Shown here: in pieces, positions 39,291 to 53,429 of the stretch | Position numbering within the stretch: position 1 is the stretch's first letter | Layout of the letters: every line of letters begins with the position of its first letter | From: Eledone cirrhosa | Taxonomy: Eukaryota | DNA: 64,000 nucleotides | Direction of reading: 5' to 3' | NCBI GenBank assembly: GCA_964016885.1 | Contig: OZ024750.1 | Location: 11,656,001-11,720,000 of the forward strand | The notes under the pieces: model-generated | What the model was told of the DNA's origin: nothing | Databases searched by the model: none | What the model saw: the letters and a program-made list of their open reading frames with translations, nothing else | Translations under genes and position numbers: made by a program

Positions 39291-41042
39291 TATATAGTAT
39301 AACTGAAGTTTCATACACTTAACATGTATGCGCAACCTTAGGTTTCGGGTTCCAGTTATGGCCACCACTCAATAAACTGAACAATGTTTTTCCTTGCCCT
39401 TTTATCTACAGATATCCTGCACACACACTCACACACTCATACTATATTAGGTATAAACCTAAGTTTTAGCTGTCACACAGCAGGTACTATTCGATTTGTT
39501 TGAAGCAATAACAAAGCATTCAAAGAAGCGAAATTTAGAAAAAAACATTAGGTTCAGAGTAAACATAACAGTTATAAAGTGTGATATCAAGAAAACCGGC
39601 CGAAGTCTCTGGCCAAAGTACCAATAACATTATCTATGTCCTCCATAAATCGAGACCTATTTAAATGTAGTGGCTTAATGGATAGAGGATTGACGTTTGC
39701 GAGTTCGATTCCCGGAACAGGCGATGTTTTATGTCGTTGAGCAAGACTCTTTATTTCACGTTGCTCTTTCTGCCAAGAGTTGTGACCTGTAGATAGTATC
39801 AGCAATGGAAAGAATAATGGAAACATTGTTTCCTTGGTCCAATACAACTGTGCAATATCTTGGGTAAATATGTTTACCATAGCCTTGAGTTGTCTTAAAC
39901 TGGGTAGACAGAAGCTGTGCAGAAGACCGTTGAATAAATTGTACCAGTAATTCATTGGTCAGGTCAAACCTAGTCACATGTGCCATACTTATTTGGTTGT
40001 TTCTGACAGGACCCACTGGAAGAAATGTTTCAGGGGGATTTTGCACCCAACTCTCTCCTAGGAATATGTGAGTGAAGAAGAAAAAATAGGGGAGAGATGA
40101 AGAGATGTGGAGAAGAGGGCTGATGATGACGGTGGGGGCAGTGGTGGTGATGGTGGTGGTGGTTGTGGTGGTGATGGTGGTGATGAAGACGACAACGACG
40201 ACGACGACGACGAGGAGGAATGGTTTATCAATCAACAAATAGTAGAATTTGCCAGACACAATGCTGTATTTAACGGCCAGAGAAAATAATTGACTTCTTC
40301 ATCAAATTAAATTATAAACTATTAAACCTCGTCAATGATTGAAATTAAGTTACTTGGGTGGTGGATTGGCAGTATCGGTAGAGGGTCGAACGCTATGCTT
40401 TGCAGCATAGAGTTACGGCCCTTTATGATCTGAGTTCAAATCCGGCTGAGGTTAACTTTGCCTTTCTTCCTTACGGGGTCGATAAAATAAAGTACCAGTA
40501 ATGTACTGGGTAATTGCTGGCCTTGTGCCAAAAGTAGAAACAATTATTCTCCTTACTACCACCACCACCACTACTACTATCACCACCATCACTACTACTA
40601 CCACTACCACTACCGCCACCAATACCACTATCACCACTACCACTATAACCACCAGTACCACCACCACAACCACCAATACCACCACCAAAGTTGATTAAAT
40701 CGACCTCAGTGCATTACTGGTACTTTGTTTTATCGACCCCATAAAGATGTAAGGCAAAGCTAATTGCAGCGGGATTTTAATAGAAGTCCCTTTATTTTAC
40801 TAGAAATATCTTTATTTCAATAGAAATGTCTTCATTTTAATAAAAATATCTTTTAATGAAAGAATGGAAGAATGGAAAATCTAGAAATTTTTCCCTGTAA
40901 GATGACATCATCAATAATTAGACGGATATTGCAGCGCCTTCTAGTAAGCAAGGGGAGATAATTATGAAATAAATAATTTATATTTCATAAAATGTCTTTA
41001 GGAGTGCGATGAAATTGACCATAGTCGAATGTTTTTTTCGAT

Positions 41043-41185
41043 ATGGGTCAAACAGCCTCGAATGTTGCAAAGAAAGTCGTCACACCTATTACATCTCTCT
41101 ACTCACAGAACAACAATGAATCGACTGAAATATGTAAAAGACCTGTGAAACACCCTATAATACCATATGTATTCAAACGTCGAGG
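41043..41185 (+). CDS. TUSC2: Tumour suppressor candidate 2 (FUS1) exon 1
   Basis: MGQTASN (MGxxxS myristoylation motif)...PYVFKRRG|gtaagc. Confidence 0.88.
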
Positions 41186-41739
41186 GTAAGCCAGCTGTAC
41201 TTGGAAGCTGCCTTTCTTCCTTATTTCCATAGATGCTTCGTTTTACATAACATTTTATTTAAAAACCCTCATATAAACACACACACATATATATATTTCC
41301 CAATATTTCTTTGTTTATTTTAGGAATCCTAATTTTCCTATATATTCTATATTAATCTTCGGTTTTTTAAATATATTTCTATAAATCAAACATCGTATTT
41401 CCTCTGCTCCCACAGAATATTTTTATTTTTCTTGTCAAGAAAGTACTTTTATACCTGCTTACTATGTATACAACGGAATTAATGAACATAATCTTCCTGT
41501 CTTTATCTTCTACCATTAGACAGCTGATACTGCCATATTAGATAATCTTTTAGACATTTTTTTTATCAATAATTTCTCTTCTAATCAACAATAGTAACCA
41601 GCTGATAGTCTTCTTTGAATTCCTTCCTTCTTAAATAAAATAATTACTTTTATTTAACATTGCAACGTAGTAACATCTATAATCGAAACGTAAACATCTC
41701 GAATATCAAGCTAACGAAGAATTATAGGACTGTAACTAA

Positions 41740-41778
<39 letters not shown>

Positions 41779-42778
41779 CAATAATCATATATATATATAT
41801 ATATGTGTGTGTATGTATGTATATTCAATGATCACACATATATATAGGACATCATCTACCACTCAGTGATTTTCTATAAGATGTGTTCTATATATATTTG
41901 CTTCTCTGAATGGGATTATTTTAACGATCTCTTTCTCTTTTCATTAAGATGTTATATATATTGGTGACAAATTTACTTATGTATATATATACACTTAATT
42001 TTAGGATGAATATTATTAAACACGTGTAAATTGAATAAGTTAGACCTGCTTTTAAATAAAGATAGATATTAAAAAGGTAATATATAATATCTTCCTTCTT
42101 CGCAGTATATTAATCTATAATTGATATTTCATGTCATATATTTTACTTGACATATTACAACACTTTAATACAAGCGTTTTTCTATTATCTTTCGTTTTGA
42201 TGATACAAGGTCAAACATTGATGGAATCACTTCACTTCATACAAATCGTATCATCTTAAACTGTTTATTTTATGATATTTCTAGTTTTATATATATATAT
42301 ATATCGAACAATCGATCAGATTAGTTTTGTCTTATAATCAATTCGTTCATCGAAACACCGTATTTTATGTTGCATAATTTTATATTTTAGATATTAGATA
42401 TTACAATTTCGCTTCGGTCTTTTTTTTTTTTCTTTCGTCTCGATAATTTATCGAATCATTGTCGAAAATTTCGTGCCTTATTTATTATTCTTTTTAAAAA
42501 TTTGATTTCATTATTAGTTAAATAATTTTAATGGTATATTTCCAAAGAAAAAAAAAACTACTCCTTCCCTCCCCCAACAATAAATAAACAGATTGATTTC
42601 TGATCTGATGTCGATTTCATGTTAAATAAAAATGGTTATTTATTGTTTTAATTGATACTTTCGTATCTCTTAATAATTGGTAAATTTGAATTATTATTAT
42701 TTTTTCTTTCTATCTTATTAACGTTACCATGTGAATAAATATCTACATATTTAAATTTCTAAAATTTTACTTCGTAGA

Positions 42779-43955
42779 TACCAGGGGTATCAAGAAGTTT
42801 CCGAACTAGTTCTGTAGCGCGCCAACAGATGGCAGCACAGGGTTGCACGTGCTGTGAGAGTTAGTTATAACTGCCATAAGTCAGTCTACTAAGTGACATT
42901 GCTGTGTTTACATCATCAGTTGTTCAAATTTTGGTGATTTTTCTGATTACCTCCGTGTGCAAATCTGGTCATCTAGCTGGAACAAAGAAATTTTGCGTTA
43001 AACGTGGAAAATCGGCCACAGAGACATTGAACATGTTCCAGCAAGCTTACGGCCATGAGGCAATGGGTTCACAATGTTTCGAGTGACATGAGCGCTTCTA
43101 AAGTAGAACTTCCCTGGAAGACAATGATTATCCATCCCTGAAATGTTGAAAAAATTAGACAACTTGTGCATAAGGATCGTCGGAGGACACTCAACGAATT
43201 TGATAACATTGCTGGTGTGTTGTATGGATCAGTGCAGGAAACCCTAACATCTGAACTGTGGTGTGTAGCTGCCAAGTTTGTTCCCCACCTGCTGACACAG
43301 GATCTGAAGGAAAATCGTGTCAAAGTTTACCAAGAACTCGAACCAAGTGCAGCAGATGAGCCATCATTAAGGTCGAGGATCATCACTGGTAACAAGTCTT
43401 TGGTTTACAGATATGATCCATATACAAGGCAGCAGTCAACACAATGGAATAGTCCATCTCCACAACTAAAGAAGGTCAGACAGAGCCACAGTTTAATCAA
43501 GGGCATGCTCATCGTCTTTTTCGACATCCATGACATTGTTCATCAAGAATTAATCCCCCAGGGCCTGGCTGTCAAAAAAAAAAGAGTTTCACTGCGAAGT
43601 TCTGAGGTGTTTGAGGGAGAACATTTGGTGAAAGCAACCTGATCTGTAGCATGCGAACAACTGGATTCTCCAAAATGGTAATGAGGTGGTGATGTGGTGA
43701 GCCCTCAATCCTGGAGATCTTCAGGGTTTGTTATGCCACAGTCTAATCAAGGGCATATTCATCCATGACATTGTTCATCAAGAATTTGTCCCCCAGGGCC
43801 TGGCCATCAAAAAGAAGTTTCACTGTAAAGTTCTGAGGTGTTTGAGGGAGAACATTCAGTGAAAGCAACCAGATCTGTGGCTTGCGAAAAACTGGATTCT
43901 CCACGACTGCAATGCGTTATCTCCTCAATCCTGGAGTTCTTCATGGTTTGTTATG
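42779..43955 (+). mobile_element. Degenerate mariner transposon in TUSC2 intron 1 with an internal duplication of about 240 bp
   Basis: TA-CCAGGGGTATCAAGAAGTTTCCG TIR-like start; KSATET, FVPHLLT, IITGNKSLVYRYDP (decayed TGDE), MLIVFFD motifs; stops and frameshifts; 43487-43730 resembles 43737-43955. Confidence 0.85.
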
Positions 43956-44568
43956 TCTACTGAACACTGGCTGCTTCATTCAACACGTGAAGATAAATTT
44001 GATTATTAAACAAGTTATAACAAGAGTAAATATTCCCTCAATTTTTAAACCAGAGGTATTTTCCAGGACTGGATTTACTTTTTTGTCTTTTGGCTATAGA
44101 TACATTCCTCATACAGAACGTTAGCTTCTCTATCACAGCTGCACACATCCTAAGTGCTGCAAGGGGTGGAAGCTATTAAGTCCGTACCATTCGAGATGTT
44201 CTCTAATCTTACCTAATTACTTAATTAGCAAATGACATCATCAATAATTAGATATTGCTTAGTAATTATATCACAAAATCTCTTCAGATTTTTTATTATT
44301 TTCTAAATTATCAAAAGTTTATAGGCAGTGTTGTTTCACAAATTATAAAGGAAAGGAACAGCTGATTAAAGTGACCTCAGTATTTAACTGAGGAAGGGAA
44401 ATTGATTTTATTAAATACCAGAGGATGAATGTAAAATGTACATTTGAACTCAGAATGTAAAAGGACACGTGTTTTGTTTTAAATCATTCTCAAAATAAAA
44501 TAAATACTTTTTAGAAGTTTTCCTCAATTTATCTATCTTTATTTAGCTTTTTTTTTTGTCATTTCCAG

Positions 44569-44686
44569 ATCAATGTACTTTGATGAAGATGGAGATCTCG
44601 CTCATGAATTTTATGAAGAGGTATTTCTTGACCGAATAGGGAAAAAACGCATGATGCGAAAACAAGAACGGAATTTGATAGCACAA
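44569..44686 (+). CDS. TUSC2: TUSC2 exon 2
   Basis: SMYFDEDGDLAHEFYEE...RNLIAQ matches the TUSC2 core SMFYDEDGDLAHEFYEE. Confidence 0.95.
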
Positions 44687-45404
44687 GTAGGTATCCACGT
44701 AGTTTCTGTCTACTAAATTTCACCATTAAAAAAAAAAAAAAAAAGAATGGGTGCAAGGGAAATAACTATACAGTTAACTGGAATAATCGTAGGTGAAACC
44801 TGACATTAAATTTATGACTGACAAGTTTTAATGTCACTTTTATAGGGGACCATTTTTTATTTGCTGATTACTCAGGAAAGGAAGAATAATGTCAAGGACC
44901 CTTTTCAGGGTCTCTGAGACTGGTTGAAGGAAGTGAGGGAGGATATCTTGAAACTGTTGACCTGGTCTAAGTACTTGTGAACTTGCTGAAGTCACATAAA
45001 GACCTGGAAGCTGTGTTGGATGATGGATTGAGTCTACCACGTAAATAGTCCACAGAAGGATTTGAATTATAATTGAAATGATCCTTCAAAACTTCCATGC
45101 TTCCTGAAATTCGCCAATACTACACCTGATATTCCCCCTCCATACACACATGCATGTGTGTGTGTGTGTATATCATGACTCGTACACTATTCTATTTACT
45201 GTACATGCACCTTTGATGAGTTGTAGTGCACCTGAGCACTACACAATAATTTGTGGATGTAAGACATAAAATTTGATTATTTTCACTTCAGGATACTGTG
45301 TAAAAATATTAATGTAATAATGTCATTTATCTCATGAAATTATATTATTTAACCATTAATTTTTATTTTCTTATGTTTTTTTTGTTTTTTTTTCTTTCCT
45401 CTAG

Positions 45405-45479
45405 GGTGAAATTGAGCTTCCATTTCCACGACTCCATGTTGACTTCCCTATAGTAATTTGTGAAGCCCCAGACTTGTGA
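45405..45479 (+). CDS. TUSC2: TUSC2 exon 3 (111-aa protein in total)
   Basis: GEIELPFPRLHVDFPIVICEAPDL-stop (compare PRIHVDFPV). Confidence 0.93.
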   Translation, partial: GEIELPFPRLHVDFPIVICEAPDL

Positions 45480-48400
45480 TGGTCTCTCATATGAGCTTTC
45501 ACCTCATTCCAAACATTGATTGGAGTTCAAGAATGTCTGAAATTGCAGGACAAATCAGAGTGCTCTTGGTGAGAGACAGAAGAAGACAAACACACATATT
45601 GATATGATATACTAACATAAACCAGGCCAATACAATTTACCTCACAATGTTCCTTGTTAAGGTGAAAATTAAAAAAAAAACTGTGTTTTATCCTTCATAT
45701 AAAACAGGATTCTATGGTCTGAGAGTGCACCCAAGTCAATATAATGTTTACTAATCTTTGAATTATATTTCTGTACAGCTCTATTCTGAGAGTCTGTAAA
45801 GAATGTGTTATTAATTTATGTTGAGTGGATTGTTAATGGTGAATGAGAGTATTCCTTATAGTGAGGTTCCCTGACAACTAATCATTTCAAATTGATGCAA
45901 AAGTTCATATCACATTAAAGGTAAAGGCCTAAGTTACAACTTCAGATTGGACACAATGATTAAATCAGTTGGGAGTATGTTGTGGGTCTTAGAGAAACAT
46001 GGGTGTGAGTTTTTGAGGAAATTGACAATATTCAAATAGCTTTAATATTTGAGTTGATGGTAGAAACTGAATATATTTGGAGTTCTTTCCTCTCAAATGA
46101 AGATTTATCAATATATTTACAGTTATTTTATCTCTATAAGCTACTGTGTTTACAAGATTTGTGTCATTGTTGACAGTTATTTCATCTCTATAAGGTACTG
46201 TGTTTCCAACATCAGCATAAACTCTTTAACATCAGGTTGTTTTAGCAATAATTAAAAAGTACTTAGAAAGAAAGGGATCAAGTGTAGTATCAAAGTTTAT
46301 ATATATAATATACATGAATTATAAAGACCTCACCTTCATTACACAAAAGACTCCAAACAGCCCAGATTTCAAAAAGACATTAAATACATTATTTAATGTA
46401 TTTAACCTGTGTCTTAAATTCTACTTTTTATGAATGATGAAGATGTAAGTTTTTTTTTTTAGGTTTATGATGAATAAACAAATGTTAATAATGTCAGGTG
46501 ATTTGAAACCGTAACCATTTATTCCGAAACATTTGCAATTGCACAATCATGTACATCTCAGTTTTACTTTTTTACACTTTCACATGTTTTTGTGCAGGAA
46601 CATTTTATACACCATGACAGTGTAGTCCAAATGGGATTAGCCTTTTGCGAACAAAAAGTTTGATACCATATTGAAGAATTCTGTGAATTCTTCAATAAGC
46701 TGTCAAACGTTGTCCTTCATCTGTAAAACAGTATCGTTTTTCTCTTAAACCTGAAAGCTGATGTGTTAGTGATCAAGAGAAAGCCTAGAAAGGAAGCATT
46801 GCTCTGCATGTTGACTCTCTCAAGCTTGAATCTGTATGCTCCTTGTAGTGCTGTGCTTCATAACTAGTGTCTTCCATTGAGATTTTTGTTTTTTTGAAAA
46901 GTAATAGCAGGTTTTCCTTGATTAACTCTTTGAAAGGAAGGTCAATTTTATCTCTCTCATTTTTTTTTTTCTGGATCCTAAAATGTTGTCAGGCTGCACC
47001 AGACTCATCCCCTCACACTTTCTTGTCTAGTGTTACAGGGTCTGCACTGGTTTCCTCAAAGCAATCTCCTCTGTTCAGAATATCATCCAACAAATAGAAA
47101 ACAATGTTGAGATGTCCCATCCTTGTTCATGATGGTAAAAACTCATCATCATCCCCCATCACTCCACAGCACAGTTGATCTCATACCAGCCAGAATATAA
47201 CACTCTGATATGGTAAGGTTTTCAGTGAGTCAAGTCACTCAACTCCTTGCATATTTATTTAATACATTTAACCCTTGTCTTTAAATTTTGACTGTTTGGG
47301 GCTTTTTTTATTAGTTGAGGGTATATGATATTATATAAACTTTGTTTGGTATTACATTTTATGATTATTTGTTACTAAATATTTTGGTATTGTCTTTAAG
47401 ACAACCTGATGTTAAAGGATTTATATACACTATTGTCATGACGTACAGTACCTTTATAGAGATCAAATACTTATAAATGTGATTGTAGAACTTCATTTGA
47501 TGTCAAATAACAGCAAATACCATCAACTCAAACAATAGAGCCATTTCAGGATTGTCACATTCTTCAAAAACATAGATTGACAGTTGTCCACTCAGTCTGA
47601 AGTTGTCATTTCAGTCCTTGCCTTAAATGTGATACCTTTTACATCAGTTTGAAAGTTTGATCTCCCACTATTAGAGACTTCAGATGTTGTCAATTTTGAT
47701 AGCATGTTCAAAATTATATATCTTTATTATAAATACACAGAACCTTTTTTCTTTCGGTTTAATCTTAAGAAAACTGGACTGAAAAAAAAATTGTGTAAAA
47801 ATTGTTTTAGAATCTAGCAATATTCTCTAATTTCATTTTAGTATTTATTAATTTAATTAGTTCTTTTTTTTTCTTTTAACCCTTACCTATTAAACTTTAT
47901 AATGTTCATGTGTTTTTAACTAATAAAAGTATTTTTAATGTTTTTCTTTAATCTTTTTTGATTTTTAGTGGTGAGAGGATAGACCTAAATTTTAATTTTA
48001 TAAGCCATATATATATTTATATATATATATATATATATGTATACATACATACACACATATATATATACATACATACATACACACATATATATATGTATAC
48101 ATACATATATATGTATACATACATACAAATATATATGTATACATACACACACACATATGTATACATACATACACATATATGTATATATATATATATCTAA
48201 GAATTATTACTTCAATCATAGAAATTATTTTAAATCACCGTTTATTACATTGTTTTCATGTTGAAACTATATATTTCTAATTTAATATATATAAAAAAAT
48301 GATTTAGTTTTTTTTTTTTTCCTTACTTTCTATTTAGAAAGATTGCACCAAATTTCTCTACATACTTCTGCAGAGTGTTAGCCACCCAGTAAAACTTAAA

Positions 48401-49842
48401 TTCAACTAAACAAGCCAAACAGTTTCTAGTTTAATTAAATGAGTCAATAAAATAATAAAAATTGACAAATTTCTGTGCAAATCCAACTCTAAATACATCC
48501 TATGGTTCTCACTAACACATGTACTACAAAATACATTTTATTCAACTAAAAGCTGATGGTGGTTCTCTAAAAATTTTTTTTCTTTTGCTCTGGAGACAGA
48601 CTGAGCAATATCAGTTTTAATTCATATTTCTATTGAAAATGAATATCTTTATTCACATATTGTATTATAGATTGTTTGCTTTTTAAAAAAAAAAATTAAA
48701 TAAATATTCAGAAATGAATATTTTTTTGTGTTGTCTCTTTTTTTTTTTTTTTTGTCTTGTTGTTTCTTCAGCTTTACCAATGGACATATAATGATGGAAC
48801 TCTCTCTTATACATATTCTATTAACTCTAGTGTACTCCAAAATGTAGTAATATCTTTGACTAGCTTGCTGTTGCTTCTAAAACTTCACACTTCAACCTTC
48901 TGCACACAGTCTGGCATTATTCACACAGTTTTAAACACCTCATACCAGACCTGTATTACAGTGGATTGGTAGTATTGGTAGAGTGCTGGACAATATACTT
49001 TCTGGTATATAGTTATGACTTTTTACATTCTGACTTCAAATCCTGCCAAGGTCCACTTTGCCTTTCATCTTTACGAGGTCAATAAAATAAAGTACCAGTA
49101 ATACACTGCAGTCGATTTGTTCAACTTTTCCCTCCCCCAAAATTGTTAGCTGTGTACCTAAATCAGAAACCAATAATATTATTATTCAAGAAAGGTGGGT
49201 TGGCAGTCATCGGTAGAGCATCGAACAACATGCTTTGTGGCATAGAGTTACAGCCATTTACGTTCTGAGTTCAAATCCTGCTGAGGTTAGCTTTGCTTTT
49301 CATCCTTACAGGGTTGTTAAATAAAGTACCAGTAATGCACTTGAGTTCATCAACTTTCCTCTCCCTCAAAATTGCTGGCCTTGTGCCTAAATCAAACTAT
49401 TATTACTATTATCACCAAACGAGGTTCTCCTCACCTAAATTTGATTATATCAGTTAGCCATGTTCTCAACACAATGTTGAACTATTGATACATTTGGGGT
49501 TGTTTTTCTCGTTTTTTACTTGTTCACATTTTTTTTACAGTCAAGTTTTTATTTTCTCATGTCAGGATTTCCTTTGATTTACATAAAATCATGTTTTCCT
49601 ATGTCAATCTCTAGTTTATGTTTGGTCACAGAGAAAACATTCATGAGAAAAAAGTTTGTATTTGATAGATTTTTTTTACTAATGATTTGCTTCCTTGCTT
49701 TCTGCATAATCAACTCACACATGCATATATACAGACATACATACATGCATACGAACACACACACATACATATATACATACAAGCATACACACAAGAACAT
49801 ATACACATACATAGACATACGAGCAACTATACACAACACACA

Positions 49843-49873
<31 letters not shown>

Positions 49874-51306
49874 TTCATCGTTTAACGTCTATCTTCCATG
49901 CTAGCTAGCATGGGTTAGACGGGAGTTGCCCCACTTGAGGCAAGATTAGTCGGGTGACCGTGTCTCGCTTGTATAGGACTATCTGGCAGGTTTATATATA
50001 TACATGAGGGTTGGCTCTAAAACTTCATAAGCTGACCAAAAAAAGACAAAAAGCAAAGTTGATCACAGTAGGATTTGAACTCAGAACTTAAAAAGCAAGG
50101 ACAAATTCTGCAAAGTATTTTGTCCGATGCTCTAACAATTCCACCAATCCACCGACTGCATTCTTTAACACCTCCATGCTTCCAGAAATTCGCCAACACT
50201 ATACCTGATATCTTCCCCTCCATACATGTATATCATGACTCATAGACTGTTCATTTTCCTGATATTTGTACATTATTCTATGTACTATACATGCACCTTT
50301 GATGAGTTGTAGTGCACCTGAGCACTGTACACAATAATTTCATTATTATTATTAGAGGCAGTGGATTGGCAGTATCAGTAGAGGGTCGGACGCATAGAGT
50401 TACGACCATTGCCATTCTGAGTTCAAATCCCACCGAGGTTAACTTTGCCTTTCATCCCTATGGGGTCGATAAAATAAAGTACCAGTAATCTACTGGGTAA
50501 TTGCTGGCCTTGTGCCAAAAGTAGAAACAATTATTACTATTGATAATGAGAAAGTTAGTTATATTACTATATTACTAAATCACTTCAAATTCTTATTTCC
50601 AAAAATGATTTGAAAATCATAGGCTGTGTCTTTCATTAGAAATATTGTAATGAAAGAGTTAAGACATGTTAAAGCATTCAGGCAAGGCCTCTGTATTAGA
50701 GATACCTTTGTCTCTCACTCTCTCTCTCACCAGTCTCAGTGGTCTTGAAAAGAACCATGAGCACTGTCCCTCCTTTCCTCTCTCCAAACAGTATAAAAAA
50801 AAGATAAAAGCTACACACAATTTTCCATTACCTCAAAGCTAAATAAAATATTATTAAATGTCTTCATTCCTCGCCTCCTCCCCACCCCTTTTGCTCTTTT
50901 TATTCTCCTCATTCTTTATTTCTTCTTGTCTTTTCATTCCTTACATTCCTTTCATCTTCTTTCATTCTTCTTCACATTCATATTTTTTCCTTCTCATTCT
51001 TTCTATATTAATTTTTCTTTCCTTCTTTTACTCATTCTATTTATATTTCATTGTCTCTTTCTTCTTTCTTTATTTATTCATATTACTCTATTCTTTTTCT
51101 TTCCCCTCTTCCTTTCTTCTACTTCATCTCTTCCATCACTTTTTTCTTCCTCTTCATCTCTATCTTCCCCTCTTCCTATCATCTTATTTAAACTATTGCC
51201 TTTAGCTAAATCAGTCAACTATTTTCTACTTCTTACAATATATGTACTTACTTCATATGCATACATACATAAACATATGTATATATATGTATATATATAT
51301 ATATAT

Positions 51307-51342
<36 letters not shown>

Positions 51343-51545
51343 ATATATATATATATATATGTATAAATGTGTATATATATATATATATATATATATTGTG
51401 TGTATATATATATATTAATGTGTATATATATATATCAATGTATATATATATATATCAATGTATCATATATATATATCAATGTATATATATATATATTAAT
51501 GTATATATATATATTAATGTATATATATATCAAAGAATATATATA

Positions 51546-51587
<42 letters not shown>

Positions 51588-51607
51588 CATCTGTATATGT
51601 TTTTGTG

Positions 51608-51802
51608 GTGTGCCCAGATCTCCGAATACACTGAACCCACTCCTGAATCATACAGTCATTATATCAACAACTATATCAGCATCTCCCACCACTTCTCTTC
51701 TCTGTGAACAGTTTGACTCCTCTCTTTCCTTTGTCCAATCTTTTTATCCTACTCTCACCTTCACCACCTCCATCTCCAATCCTTCCATCCAATTTCTCAA
51801 CA

Positions 51803-51833
<31 letters not shown>

Positions 51834-52141
51834 TCTCCCCACATGCCTGTCTGTTGAACACACTCAACACCCCCTCTACCTTCATCGTCTGCAAACCCAT
51901 TGACACCCTCTCCTACCTCTACTTCACTTCCTTCCATTCCATCCACACAAAACTCTCCATACCCTGCAAAAAAGTCGTCCATCTTTGTTGACTCTGCAGC
52001 CAGGAGACCATGACTTTGAGACCTAGCCACAACATATGGCTTCTTGCTTCATCCAGCATGGATACCCACCAACCTCACCTTCATCCAACCCGCTCTTACC
52101 CAATGGACAAGGGGCTGGTGTATTGGGAGATCTGGGCACAC
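51608..52141 (+). mobile_element. Degenerate Penelope-like RT-thumb fragment bounded by 24-bp inverted repeats
   Basis: FVQSFYPTLTFT...IQFLNISLS and KPIDTLSYLYFTSFHSIHTKLSIP; GTGTGCCCAGATCTCCGAATACAC / GTGTATTGGGAGATCTGGGCACAC. Confidence 0.7.
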
Positions 52142-52879
52142 ACAAATATATACACATATTTATATATACCTTATATATATATTTATATACATGTATATAT
52201 ATATATAGAGAGAGAGAGAGAGATAGATTGATATCTAAACTTGCATACATATATAAATATTTAATATAGAAATAGCTTCTACAGGACTAGAGCTGTTTCA
52301 TTCTAGTCCTGTAGAAGCCATTTCTATATTAAATATTTATACTCTGCTATGTATTGAGTACCTTACTTACTGTGGTTACCTCCTGATTGAACCCCGCACA
52401 CACACACACATGTGTATATAGATATATATGTGCATATATATACATGCATGCATGTGTGGTAGATAGAACAAAACAAATACAGAAGGCTAAAGCTGCTGCC
52501 TCCATCTTGAATGAAAGTTATGGAGTAACAATCTGTGATGGGAAACCAGCATCTGTTGGTTACTATAAGATGTAATAAAGCAATTTTATAGATGGAAGAC
52601 ACCATCTTTATTTAGTATTGGTCATGGCAGGATATGTTATAATTATCATAACATATAAACAAACATTTTGCATTCTCCTAGTCAGACATATATATATATA
52701 TATATATGTATATGTGTGTGTGTCATCATCATCATTGACATTGTCTTCATCATTATCATCATCATCATCCTTTTAACGTTTGCTTTTCAGTGCTGGTATG
52801 GGTTGGACAAGACATTTTGAGGCAGTTTTATCTATAACCAGATGTTCTTCCTAACAACAGCTACACATACATATATATG

Positions 52880-52940
<61 letters not shown>

Positions 52941-53087
52941 AGCAAGTGAGTTTGAAATTAGAAATAGAAGCTTTTGGTGTATTTTTTACTAAAGAAATTT
53001 TAGCCTGATAGTCAACACTAATCTTTTTCCATTTCTTTAGTCAAAAATACGTTGAAAGCTTCTATTTCTAATTATATATGTATATAT

Positions 53088-53429
53088 ATAAATTAATAAA
53101 AATAATGAATAAAAACAAAGAAACAGTTCCTTATATTAAAAAATTCATCATTTTACGATCGTTTCTAGGATATATATGTGTGTGTTATATGTGTGGTATA
53201 TGAGGGAATATACATATATATATATGCTGTCTTCAGAAATAAAATATTTCTGAAGACAGCATATATATGTGTAGGTATGTATATTCCCTCTGATAGTTTG
53301 TAAAATGTTTACATAGATATGATATACATACCAACACACACATATGTCCTAGAAACGATCGTAAAATGATGAATTTTTTAATATAAGGAACTGTTTCTTT
53401 GTTTTTATTCATTATTTTTATTAATTTAT
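53088..53429. mobile_element. Penelope-end fold-back with a hammerhead core on each arm
   Basis: + arm: ATTT-CTGAAGA (53250)...GAAAC GATC GTA-AAAT (53352-53367); mirror core at 53150-53240 on -. Confidence 0.7.

Noticed and set aside
40902-44253. Repeated ATGACATCATCAATAATTAGA motif (TUSC2 upstream and intron 1)
   Set aside because: Only two short copies; could be a CRE-like site or repeat debris, with no further support
48771-48960. Possible extra exon after a strong pyrimidine tract
   Set aside because: No recognisable homology or clear donor
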